The notes below the pieces were generated by a model. That model saw only the letters and a list, made by a program, of their open reading frames with translations, searched no databases and was not told the DNA's origin. DNA of 64,000 nucleotides from Camelus dromedarius (Eukaryota): the NCBI RefSeq assembly GCF_036321535.1, contig NC_087472.1, forward strand, positions 101,992,001 through 102,056,000, written 5' to 3'. The position numbers and the translations under genes were made by a program. Below, in pieces: positions 13,209 through 25,149 of the stretch. The number at the start of each line of letters is the position of its first letter. Within the stretch, counting starts at the first letter, position 1.

Positions 13209-14530
13209 TGTGGCAGACACACTTAGTGGCCTAACCAACAGCCACCACCCCCCTTCCCTGCAAGAAGATACTAACTCTAATTTGGTTGGGATGGCAATGT
13301 GCCCAGGCCTAAGGGGTGATTATGATAAATGAGAAACAAATCATGAGAATTCCATCCCCCCATTTCCACGTAGACTTCCCTCACACAACGACTATTCAGC
13401 TAATGACTTTTTGCCATAACGGCTCTTGAAAAGTTGTACCACTGTTTGAATGACTCCTTTTGTTCCTAAGAGATTGACTCTTTCACCCCAAAACACACAA
13501 AACAAATATGCTATAAGAAGTGATATGACATCATTTCAGTTTCAGCCTAAGTCCCGCTCAACAATTTTACTCGACATACATTTACTTGTCAGAGCATATC
13601 ATATGGAACAAATCTGAATTGAGTATCATGTTTGAATGAGCCCAAAATGTTCCGCTTTGCATATGGATACGAAGCGAGAGGGATGACGCGGTGTCATCTC
13701 CATCTCTTCAGTCTCCATGCATGTGCAATTTCACACGCTTCAAAGCACTCTTGTGTTTATCTTTTATTTTGTCCTAAAGATAATTTCCAGGCTATCACTT
13801 TATATTGAAGTGCAGTTGAGTACAAAATAACCATGAACCCCCCCTCTAAAGTAGGAAAGCTGGTGGAAACAAAAGAATTCACTTCCAAAGAATGACTCCC
13901 TCAGCCTCTTCTCCAAGTCTACTTTTTCTACATTATATTTTGTGTACAGACTGCATTATTTACTTTCACATTTTTGTTAATTTCTCATGTAAACTTGTTC
14001 TCATTATTCACTTGGCATATTTTCTTATCTGTGAAAATTATTTGGGTATCTTTGATTGGGACAAAACATGTTGTCATTTTTCCCACTGAAATGCATGGAA
14101 CTTTTTAAAAAATTAACAGCTTTCCACTTTAGCAGAGCTTTCAAGAGTGAATTAAAGCCATTAAGTGAGAGGCTGGGGTACTTACTTCTCAGCCCCCCTT
14201 GTAGCTAAGGATGGAAATGAGAGTAAGCTCTGGCCAAAGAGAGGGAAAGTCTCATGGGGAAGGGGGTCCTGGGAAAGATTCTTCTCTGTATTACAAGGGG
14301 AACACTTTCCTCCCATCTCTGTCTTCCTAGCTTGAATTTTAAGGTATTTTAAAGACTGATTTGAATAGAGCTATGGCAGCCTTCATGTGAACCTGAGGGA
14401 GAAAGCAACAAGAGGCTCAGACAATGTCAAAGCACCACCCTGACCTGACTGCACTGAAGACACAACCCCAGACCCATTCACTGGAAACATTTATGTGTGA
14501 AGCTGACTTTACTTAAGCTTTGAGTTTACG
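13209..14530 (+). mobile_element. MLT1K-like MaLR LTR split by a Tigger insertion
   Basis: Start tgtggcagacacacttagtggcctaacc (13209); resumes after 14180 with ctcagcccccttgtagctaagg...ctggccaaagag. Confidence 0.65.
13371..14180. mobile_element. TcMar-Tigger non-autonomous DNA transposon (Tigger15a-like)
   Basis: Degenerate TIRs: left tagacttccctcacacaacgact, right agccattaagtgagaggctggggta; TA at both ends. Confidence 0.55.
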
Positions 14531-15439
14531 CCACAACAAGGCAAAACAACTTAAAACTATCAGACAGTTGTGTCTTTATAAAATACTTAAGCCAGCCCTC
14601 CATGTTATTTAGCCCGGCTGCTTGTCTTCTAAAACTCCTTGCCTCCTAGTTTGGGGATCATCATCTCAGGGTACCCCTGAAAGCTCCGTTCCCCTCACAA
14701 TATTATGCAGAGTCCTGGAGCACTCTACACCTACTGGGTAGGCAGCCACTTCCGCACATCATTGTTCTATTTTTATTACATAATGGGTCGAATACTCCAT
14801 TGGCAAAGGTTATGAACTATCCATCTTTGCCTTGTCCCTCACTCGCAGTCCCTCTGATGCAAGGGAGCAGAGACTTAATTCTTCATTGCTGTGAATTACA
14901 TCACCACTTTAGAAGGCAGAGTTTGATACAGTCAGTTTAGGTTTTAAATAATCTTTTTTTTTCTCAGTTTCAAAAATACTAGGGTTGGGAAGGACACTGT
15001 AACGGTGTGTTTGAAAGAGTATAGAATTGGAACTTGGAAAACCTACATGTCAATCTAACTAAGCTCTACTATTTACAAGTATCTTGGGACCCCAATGTCC
15101 TCGTGGGTAAAAACAAGGGGGGAGGGACTCACTAAAGAATATCTAAGGTCTTATCCTGCTCCAGCAGTTTTTAGATGAGGTACCTGGGGTCTGAGAAGCC
15201 AGCTGACATAATATTTAACTTATCACGTGTCATCAGTTTCCTTTCTATTTTTAGTTCTGAGGCTTGATTTATCAAGGTTAACTGTATACTTGATATTGTG
15301 TTCAGATGCTCTATTTCCCTCCCTTGTTTCCAAAGTTACGCTGATCTCAATACTGACACTGCTGGCAGAAAGGGAAAATGAAAGGTTATGAAATGAAACC
15401 AAGTGAACAGAAACACTTTCTATGTGGGGGAAAGTGTGT

Positions 15440-15900
15440 GTACAGAGATGTTCATTGTAAAGTGTGTGTGTAGAGCTTTATTTGTAACAGTAACAGAGTG
15501 GAAACAACCTAAATGTCCATCACTAAAAGATTGGTTTACCAAATTATGCCATATTCCTAATATGGAATACTAGGCAATCATTAAAAGGAGGAGGCAGATC
15601 TTCATGTATTGATATGAAAGGTGCTCCAAGATAGACAGGCAGACCAATTGATTAATAAATCTACAGATAGAGAGTGTGTGTGGGAAGGGTCTCAATAATG
15701 TGTATACTATGCTGCCATGATGGAAAAAATACATGTAATTTGCTTGGCCATATACAGAGTATCTCTGGAAGGATACACCAAAAAGGAAAACAGTAGTTGC
15801 CTTCTAGGATGAGAATTAAGGATTTGGATGATAAAAACATGGGGGAAACTTATCTTCTTTATTTTTTGACATCTTGTAAATTTTCTACTATGTGCAGGCC
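15440..15900 (+). mobile_element. Old L1M (L1ME/MC-like) 3' fragment
   Basis: tggaaacaacctaaatgtccatca...tatggaatactaggcaatcattaaaa...tctggaaggatacacca. Confidence 0.75.
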
Positions 15901-16532
15901 TTGTCTGTTAAACTATAAGTTATATTAATTGTTTTAAAGATTAAAAATTCTTGTAAAGAGAACTATCAAGCTATATGAGGTGTGGGTATTATTGGTGTGT
16001 TTAAACTGCCCACATGCTTCTTATCCTTAACTGGTGAGAGTCCTCCATGTTCTATACCTGGGCCTAGAGAAGATTCTATGACCTGGAGTTGTGATGAGTG
16101 GTGACCCCGCCTGAGGCTCGCCCTCCCCACGGTCACGCATCAGACCTTAGGTACTGGCTTTGAGCTCATTAGAGTAGAGTCTGTGTTCCCTCCTTGGGAC
16201 CAGTGGGAGGCAGCTGCCCTGGATTCCTGGGGGAAAGAGTGAGGGTACTGGAGTCAGAGAGCCCTGGATTGGATCACCAGATTCACCTTAATAGTCACAT
16301 GTTACTGATGTCCCCTAAGCCTCTAGCTCCTCATCTGTTCAAGAAGGTAATGGCAGCTCCTTCATGGGTTGTGAGACTTTAACGACATAAGCAACGCACA
16401 CAGTGGGGCCCGGATAAACGTTCATCTCTCTTCTCCCTCTCTCTTGACTTACATCACTGTCACCCACATATCATCACCCTCCTCAGTTTTCATAGTGATT
16501 CCTGAGTTGATGTTCCCTGAACGGTTTTTCTA

Positions 16533-16740
16533 CAGCATTGGTTTTCAACCAGAAGCAACTGTGCCCCCAGGGGACACTTGGGAGTGTCTGGAGACATTTT
16601 GTCATCATAATTGGAGGAAGGGGGACGACTGGTATCTCATGAATAGAGACCAGGGATGCTGCTCAACATCCTCCGACACACAGAACAACCAAGAATGATC
16701 CGGTCCAATATGCAGTAGTACTGAGGTTGAGAAACCCTGA
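16533..16740. mobile_element. MER20 hAT-Charlie MITE
   Basis: gcccccaggggacacttgg...tctggagacattttg...agagaccagggatgctgctcaacatcct...ctgaggttgagaaaccctg. Confidence 0.85.
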
Positions 16741-18450
16741 TTTAAAGGTGTTTATAAAGCTCTAGATGGCTGGTTGTTCCAATTGGCAGGATACTGCATT
16801 TAAGAAAACCATTTGAGAGAGAGGGCCAAGATGGCAGAGCAGAAGGATGCTCATAGCTCACCGTCTCCCACAAATACATGAAAACTCACATCCACGGACC
16901 CATTCAGCAAACCAGAGCACCTGCTGAACTCCCAACAGAACACTGCCCTCTTCAAAAGACAAAGATGCCACAAATTTGGTAGGAGAAAAGGAAAAAATAA
17001 AGAAAAAGCAAAACAGTGCGGAAGTGGTCCAGTGGGGAGGGAGCGGCAAAGGAGGAACGGCACTCGTTCGCTGGGTCTCCCCTCTCCAACAGAGAGGTCA
17101 GCAGGAGGGAGGGGGAGCCTCTGAGGCTCGGATCTGTATGGAGCGCCCCTTGACCGACAGAACTAAGTTAAACAGGCACAGAGGGTCTCCGTAACTCCCA
17201 GCCCTAGAGGCAAAGCCACAGGTTGGGGACGGGACAGGCTGCCCGAGCAGGGCGGAGGACTGGGACGGCTGCACTGAGGCAGCCCCGGGGGACTGCAGGG
17301 TGCTGCCGCCATGGATGAGTGGGTACACAGGGCAGAACAACCTGGGCCCTCCATAAAACAACATGGCTGATGTGCCCTGGGGGTAAGGGTGCATACCCCC
17401 ATCGCTGAAAACCCGCGAAAGGTTTTCAGGTGAAGAGAGGCCGGGGCTCAGGCACAGCCACCATATCCTCCAGCGCTTAGCACCCAGGCGGGGGTGGGGG
17501 CGGGGGCGAAACCTGTATCCATACCTAAGGGCTTAGCAGCCTCAAAGGCCAGACAGTGACTTGTTTACAGCCCGAGGCAGATAGGATCTTTCCGCCCTGG
17601 TACCTCAGAGAACTCAGGCTGCCAAGACAAACAAGGAGCTGGGTTTTGGCCCAGAGCAGGGGCGGGGCTGTTCCATGGTCTTCCCTGAGCCTGCCTACAG
17701 AGCATGGACCCCGGGTGGAGCGGGCAGCTGCACAGAGCAGGGGAGCAACCAGTGCCAGGAGAGGGTGGGTGGCCACCGCCTTCCTGGCAGGAAAGCAGCA
17801 CCTGACTGCAGCGTTGGGAGGGGGCGCAATCTGCTTGCCAACAGGCACTAGCAGCAGCACAGATGACGGGCACCAACCGAGGGCCTCTGGAAGCAGCAAG
17901 CTGAGTTTGCAAAACAGGGCAAAGACAGAAAGACCTCTCGACAGAATCATTAAGAGCACACAGTCTCCACGAGAACACAGCACCCCCCCTTTTAATCTTT
18001 TTTTAATCTATTCTATTTTCTATTACCTTTTTAATTTTTACTTTTTAAACAATTGTATATGCTTCCAGTTTTAATTCCTTTTAAATTTTTCTTTTAAAAT
18101 ATTTTTATTATTTTTTAAAATCCACATTTCATTTTTATTTCTCTTGGTTTTGATTTCCTGTTATTGATTATACACAGGTTTCAAATACTGTTTTTTGTTC
18201 TTTTCTCCTTTTTTTTTTAAGGTTTTTAAAAGGTGTCTCAACTTGATTGTTAGTCTGATTCAACTTGCTCTTCTATTACTGATTATACACTGTTTTCAAA
18301 CCTTTTTTTCTCCCGTCTTTTAAAATTCTCTCTTTTTTTTCTTAAGTTTTATTCCTGCATAGGCTTTAGATAGATAAATAAACTCCTTAAGGACCACAAT
18401 AGATATAACTGATACTCCATGAGCCACAGTGCCAGAGAGATACGAGCAAT

Positions 18451-19337
18451 ATGAAGAAGCAGAGGAACCACTCCCAATTAAAAGAGCAAGAGAAATTCCC
18501 TGAAAGCACGATCAAGGAAATAGACATTGATGGCCTACTAGATCAAGATTTCAAAAAAGGAGTGATCAAAGTACTGAAGGAAATGAAACAGTTAGTGTTC
18601 AGAGATATAAAATATGTCAAAAATGAAATTGAAGCTATAAAGAAGAGCCAAGTAGAATTGGTAAACTCATTGGCTGAGATGAGAGCTGATCTAAAGGCTG
18701 TACAAAGCAGGCTAGATAATGCAGAAGAACGAATAAGTGACCATGAAGACAGGACAACAGAAAACACCCAATCAGAACAGCTGACAGAAAAAACAAATAA
18801 AAACCAATGAAAACAATATAAGGGGCCTATGGGATAATATAAAGCATGCCAATCTACAAATTATAGGGGTTCCAGAAGGGGAAGAAAGAACAAAGGGGAC
18901 TGAAAAGGTATCTGAAGAAATCATGACTGAAAACTTCCCAAACCTAAAGAAGGAATCAGATACCCAAGTACAGGAAGCTCAGAGGGTTCCAAACACGAAG
19001 AACTCAAACAGACCCACACCAAGACCTATCATAATCAAGTTGGCCAGAGTCAATGATAAAGAAATGATTCTAAAGGCAGCAAGAGAAAAAAGAGTTACAA
19101 GGGAACCCCCATAAGGCTCTCAGCTGACTTCTCTACACAAACACTACAGGCCAGAAGGGAGTGGCAAGATATATCAAAGTCCTGAATTTAAAAAAGATGC
19201 AGCCTAGGATACTTTATCCAGCAAGGCTATCCTTTAGAATAGAAGGAAAGATTAAGAATTTCACAGAAAAGCAAAAACTAGAAGAGTTTAGCAACACTAA
19301 ACCCAGGCTAAAAGAAATACTGAAAGGTCTACTCTAA
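18451..19337 (+). pseudogene. LINE-1 ORF1p (RNA-binding/chaperone), frameshifted
   Basis: MKKQRNHSQLKEQEK...SRLDNAEERISD; MTENFPNLKKESDTQVQEAQRVPN...PTPRPIIIKL; C-terminus ...LKEILKGLL* across several frameshifts. Confidence 0.93.
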
Positions 19338-19741
19338 ATAGAAAAGAAGCAGGATGCTACAGAAATGAGAAACACACAACTGGAAAGGTGATAACTACCA
19401 TGAATTACAAATAGAATAAACACGAAATTGTAAAAGAAGACATCTAAATCATTAAGAGTGGGAGAGGGAAGCAAGAAAATATATAGTTTTTTTTTTACGT
19501 TTTTAAATTTTTTGTCTTGGTAGGATGGGCTTGAGCTTGTATTACTATATGTTAATATGAACAGTTATAGTAATGGGTTAATAGACTTACAGAAAAAGGT
19601 AACCACAAGCCAAAAACTTACAAGTGAGTCACAAAAAATAAATAAAATTCAAGATAATACAAAGGAAAATTAACAAACCACAAAAGGAAGAAGAAAGGAA
19701 CAAAGAGGAAATACCAAATCAACTGCAAAAATAAGTTCAAA

Positions 19742-20951
19742 ATGGTAATAAACATGCATCTATCATTAATTACTGTAAATGTTAATGGGCTAAATGCTCC
19801 AATCAAAAGACATAGAGTGGCAGATTGGATAATAAAGCAAGAACCTTCAATATGCTGCATACAAGAGACTCATTTTAGGGAGAAGGACACATATAGACTG
19901 GGAGTGAAAGGATGGAAAACGATATTCCATGCAAATGGAAAAGCCAAAAAAGCAGGTGTAGCAGTACTGATTTCAGACAAAATAGACTTTAAAACAATGG
20001 CCATAAAGAAATATAAAGCAATAAACTCAAAATGGATCAAAGACTTAAACATAAGATAAGATACAATAAACCGCCTAGAGGAAAATATAGGCAAAACATT
20101 ATCTGACATACATCTCAAAATTTTCTCCTAGAAGAAATAAAAGCAAGAATAAACAAATGGGACCTAATGAAACTTACAAGCTTCTGCACAGCAAAGGAAA
20201 CCATAAGTAAAACAAAAAGACAACCTATAGAATGGGAGAAAATCTTTGCAAATGCTGAAACCGACAAAGGCTTGATCTCCAGAATATATAAGCAGCTCAT
20301 ACGACTTAATAAGAAACAACCAAACAACCCAATCCAAAGATGGGCAAAAGATCTGAACAAGCAATTCTCCAAGGAAGAAATACAAATGATCAATAGACAC
20401 ATGAAAAAATGCTCAATATCACTAATTATCAGAGAAATGCAAATCAAAACTACAATGAGGTATCACCTCACACCAGTCAGAATGGCCATCATTCAAAAGT
20501 CCACAAATGACAAATGCTGGAGAGGCTGTGGAGAAAAGGGAACCCTCCTACACTGCTGGTGGGAATGCAGGTTGGTGCAGTCACTGAATGGAAAACAGTA
20601 TGGAGATTCCTCAAAAGACTAGGAATAGACTTACCATATGACCCAGTCATCCCGCTCCTGGGCATATATCCAGAAGGAACCCTATTTCAAAAAGACACCT
20701 GCACCCCAATGTTCATAGCAGCACTATTTACAATAGCCAAGACATGGAAACAGCCTAACTGTCCATCAACAGATGGCTGGATAAAGAAGATGTGGTATAT
20801 TTATATGATGGAATACTATTCAGCCACAAAAACCAACAACATAACTCCATTTGCAGCAACATGGATGTCTCTGGAGAATGTCATTCTAAGTGAAGTAAGC
20901 CAGAAAGAGAAAGAAAAATACCATATGAGATCGCTCATATGTGGAATCTAA
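19742..20951 (+). pseudogene. LINE-1 ORF2p remnant: first ~90 aa of endonuclease fused to the C-terminal (Cys-rich) region; RT absent
   Basis: ITVNVNGLNAPIKRHRVADWI...CCIQETH...ISDKIDFKTMAIKK joined directly to YKAINSKWIKDLNIR, then [19 protein letters not shown]...ICGI*. Confidence 0.93.
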
Positions 20952-21517
20952 AAAAAAAAAAAAAAAAAAAAGAACAAATACAAAACAGAAACAGACTCAT
21001 AGACATAGAATACAAACTTGTGGTTGCCAGGGGGGTAGGGGGTGGGAAGGGACAGACTGGGAGTTCAAAATTTGTAGATACTGACAGGCATATGTAGAAT
21101 AGATAAACAAGATTATACTGTATAGCACAGGGAAACATATACAAGATCTTGTGGTAGCTCACAGTGAAAAAGAATGTGACAATGAATATATGTATGTTCA
21201 TGTACAACTGAAAAATTGTGCTCTACACTGGAATTTGATACAACATTATAAAATGACTATAACTTAATAAAAAATGTTTTTAAAAAATTGGAAAAAAATA
21301 TACCTTATGTGAACTACTTCTTCGGTCTTGTCTTTGTGTCCCTGCAAATTGTTTTGTTTAAGTTTCATCTACCCAGAATCAGGAAGGTTTTTATTCTTGG
21401 CCCACGATTGGTGACAATTGGCCTTTGGCTGAAATCTGGAGACACCAAGTCACACAAGCACCACCCTCATGGAACACTGCAATTCTCAGGGGATCTTCTC
21501 AGTCGAAAACTGCCTCA

Positions 21518-21798
21518 AGAAAGACAAATACTGTATGATATCACTTATATGTGGAATATAAAAAATAAAAAATGATAGAAATGAACTTATTTACAAAACA
21601 GAAAAAGACTCACAGACATAGAAAACAAACTTATGGTGACCAAAGGGGAAAAGGGATGGGGGAAGAAATTAGGAGTATGGTATTAACAGATACAAATTAC
21701 TATACATAAAACAGATAAGCAAAAAGGGTGTACTATATAGCACAGGGAACTATATTCAATATCTTGTAATAACCTATAATGGAAAAGAATCTGAAAAA

Positions 21799-21859
<61 letters not shown>

Positions 21860-21930
21860 TGAATCACGTGGCTGTACACCTGAAACTAACACAACATTCT
21901 AAATCAACTATACTTCAATTTAAAAAATAA
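21518..21930 (+). mobile_element. Older L1 3'UTR fragment inside the transduced segment
   Basis: agaaagacaaatactgtatgatatcacttatatgtggaat...cagacatagaaaacaaacttatggt...aaatcaactatacttcaat. Confidence 0.9.
21801..21854. repeat. (AT)27 perfect microsatellite
   Basis: Uninterrupted AT dinucleotide run. Confidence 0.95.
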
Positions 21931-22184
21931 TAAATAAACTAAAATAAAACTGTGCTTTTTCCAGGAAAAAAAAAAAGAAAAAGAAAATCATTTGATTTTA
22001 GAGCAGCTGATAACTAAATTCACAAAGGAAAATTTCAGCAGTTACCACTCTGTTTTCAAGAACATGAGTCTGTCTTTAAGCAAAGGAGAATGGAAAATTG
22101 GGGGGAAATAATTGCTACACCTTTTATTGCAGGAACTTGAGAAATTTGCCTATGCCCTTTTAGACTATGAACTGAGATAGCTTT

Positions 22185-22432
22185 GTATCACTCATCTATT
22201 GCTATCTAGCAAACCACCCCAAATGTAGTGACCTGTGACAACAATCAATGTTTAGTTCACATTCTTCTGGACAGTTCTCTGATCTGGGCCAGACTCAGGT
22301 GATCTCAGTTAGCCCAGATCAGAAAAACTACCCAAAAAGATCCAGTTAAAATTGCTGACCTGGAGAATCATGAATTGTTGTTTTAACTGCTAAGTGTTAG
22401 AATTGTTTGTTACATGGCAGAAGCTAACTGAC
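22185..22432. mobile_element. Two MLT1 LTR 3' ends in inverted orientation
   Basis: Left arm minus, right arm plus; tctgatctgggc...gcccagatcaga at the centre. Confidence 0.6.
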
Positions 22433-23569
22433 AGAATGAGTATTCAGTTTGGGGCTGTTGGCAATAGTGCTATGAAGATTCTAGTACACAACTTGTCCAC
22501 AATATGCATGCAGTTCTGTACAGTGTAGGAGTGAAAATGCTGGTGGATCTGCTTCCTTCTTAAAGTACCAAATATTAACACACAAACACACACACACACA
22601 CACACACACAAATGCATGCACAGAGCTTCATTTTCTTTTCATAGTTTCTCTTTGTTAACTTCAGTTTTAGTAACTGCCATGAGCCCATTTTTCAAAAAGA
22701 AAAGGCAACTGGCAGGAAACCACTTTGTGATGACTTTTTCATAGCCAGGCTGGGAGCTCTGCCTGCCATCTCTCCCAAAGACAAAAACGTCTTCTTCTAT
22801 TAAGACAAACAAACAAAAAAAAAATTTTCATTTTATCTACACAAAGAACTGTTTCCAAATACTTTTGCACATAAGAAGGAGATGACCAAGAGCACACAAG
22901 AGGAAAATAATCTCTTGGGCATGTGAGAACATAAGAGCTACTGCGGTTTTTAAAAAGCAAACCTCAATGAATTGGACAGAAGTTTTGTTTGATTATGAAT
23001 CAGGACCTTGGGGCAGTGCATGGGTAAGAATAGCTAATTCCTGTGGGTAAGATGAATATATGTCAGGAAGAAACATATAGGCTGTTCATGTGATTAATCA
23101 ACAAATATTTACTGAGTGCCAACTGTGTATAGAGTGTTGCACTTCCTGTAACTCCTCTGGACCCTGACGAAAAAGAGAAGGGCCATGAGCTCAGCCTGCG
23201 GTCACAGGTACCAAGGAGACTGAAGCTCCAAACCAGAAACTGGTCCCGTCCAGTTCAGGTTTCTGTGATTTCACACTGGTCAAATTTTTTTTCTAGTGTA
23301 ACTTAGTTTCTTCATCTCAAAAACTGAGGAAAAAAATATGGGCATAGGTAGCCCTACACTTTTGAGGAATTGACTAGATAATGTCATTGAACCCATGAGA
23401 AATCTTTTTGTTCTCCTCTGACTTATTTCACAAAACCTTCAGCTACTGTGGACCACTTACTGTTGCAGCCAAGAGAAGGTAAGATTTTATAAAGTCGTAA
23501 CACTCTGCTGGTCTTCTTCCTTCTTTTCTGGGCTCTCTGTCTCCTGGGTAGGTTTGTCCTCTTCTACTA

Positions 23570-23990
23570 AGCAATTAGATTTTGGAGTTCCTCATCTCTC
23601 CTTCCCACTGTCTCATATACACCTGTACCTCAGACATTTCTATGACACATTTCTTCTCCACCCTAGACCTCTCCTCTGTGCTCCAGATCTCTACCAATGG
23701 CTTATCTGACACCTCCTCATGGATATTCAAGGGCACCCCAAACCAATCACTTCCAAACCAAACTCATAAGTGCCTAAAACAAACTTGGTCCTTATTCATG
23801 ACCTATTCCCTGTCTCAGCAAGTTGCACCATCATTCATCCAAGGGCTATAGAGCAGAAGCCAGTTGGTTACTCTTGGCATCCTTCACTTCCTCTGCTCGC
23901 TGAAGCCTCATGACCAAGCACTACCCAGTCCTGTTGAGTCTTGTCCTGTATCTCACTCCCATCCTTCCATGTTTCTCCATTTGCAGCTAC
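23570..23990 (+). mobile_element. LINE-2 fragment
   Basis: ctagacctctcctctgtgctccaga...atctgacacctcctcatggatatt...gcaccatcattcatccaag. Confidence 0.7.
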
Positions 23991-24399
23991 TACAAACTAT
24001 CATCATTGCTCACCCTACTGACTAGCCCCCTAGTCCATTCTCCATACCTTTACAAATTTACAAATATCACATATATGTTTTATTTAATCCTCAAAACAAC
24101 CCTATGAGGTCGAGTCAGCTGAATGTCTTCTGGTAGTTTTATACAAGGAAACTGATACTCATAGGAATTAAGTGAATTGCCCAATGAACCATACACCCAA
24201 GAAACAAAGCTAGATTTCACACCTAGCCTTTTTGCCTCTAAATGCAGCATGAGTGCCGTTACATTGTGCCCCACACTCTGTTATGTCCCTGCAGATTTAG
24301 CAGGTTTCTTCATTCTAATGTTGAACATGCTATTGGTGGGTACTGCTCATCTCCGTTAAGCAGCTCTTAAATAAAATGGCTAAAGCCATCCTTCATTAA

Positions 24400-25130
24400 G
24401 GGTACTGTGGGTAAGTTTGTAATGTCCCAGCTCCACTTCTTAGGGAATCAAAATGACTGCTTGGATGGATGCCTTAGGAGAACAGAGATTATGAAGAAGA
24501 CAAAGGAACTGGAAATAATTCCAGGGCATGACTATAATAGTGTGTGGCTGAGGAGGGGAGAAAGAAAATCGCAGGAAGAAGGAAAGTCAAAGTACAGAGA
24601 GGCAGAATACTGGAAAAGTTACTGACATGGTATGGAAATCCCCAAGAATCAGGACAGGACAGGACAGTATCAGCAAGAGTGACAGTGAGCAGGATGTAAA
24701 AATCTTAAAGGAAAGGAGAATGACACAGGGTTGGTAGATGACTGTAACCAGGAGGAGAGGTGGGTGGTATGGTCTGATGACCTGACATTCAAAGATGGAG
24801 ATGGGTGGTATTAGGAGGAAGAAGAGAGAAGGGTCTGGGAAACTAGAAATAGCAAGGAAAGGGTCCAATCCCACCTTCCAGCCCAACAAGATGAGGAACA
24901 TGGGAGAGAAAACAGCTATCACCTGAGAGGGCGGCAAGAAAAGTTGTGTGCACAAGACAAAATGAGGTTTCATAGAGAGCAAGAAGGTAAAGGAAACATT
25001 CAGAGAAGAGATTTAGAATAAAAGGAATTCTACTGATGACTGAACAAGAATTCCAGAGGGCACAGTGGAAAAATTTAAGGAGTTGGGGAAAGGTGGACAA
25101 AAAGGTCAGGAAGTGGGGTATGTGAGCTAG
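24400..25130 (-). mobile_element. LINE-2 5' ORF (APE endonuclease) fossil
   Basis: Minus ORFs give CALWNSCSVISRIPFILNLFSECFLYLLALYET and VIRPYHPPLLLVTVIYQP...PVLILGDFH, APE-type motifs of L2. Confidence 0.8.
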
Positions 25131-25149
25131 ACTCCAAGGATTCCCCAGT

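Larger units (their letters stand above)
16817..21290 (+). mobile_element. 5'-complete LINE-1 with ~2.6 kb internal ORF2 deletion
   Basis: YY1-type start ggccaagatggc, GC-rich then T-rich 5'UTR (to 18450), ORF1, ~400-bp spacer, fused ORF2, 3'UTR with G-rich tract (21030-21051) and AATAAA (21266). Confidence 0.95.
21291..21995 (+). other. Putative L1 3' transduction with poly(A) tail and distal TSD
   Basis: aagaaaaccatttga (16802-16816) recurs as aagaaaatcatttga (21981-21995) after AATAAA (21943) and an A tract (21966-21980). Confidence 0.8.

Noticed and set aside
17525..18074. Longest ORFs in the track (137-172 aa, both strands)
   Set aside because: They lie in the GC-rich L1 5'UTR, use non-ATG starts and have no recognisable domain; no basis to call an ORF0-like gene
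18160..18300. ~115-bp-period imperfect repeat (tgattatacac...ttcaaa)
   Set aside because: Internal to the L1 5'UTR, where tandem duplications are ordinary
21030..21051. G-quadruplex motif G6-TA-G5-T-G3-AA-G3
   Set aside because: G-rich tracts are a known general feature of L1 3'UTRs
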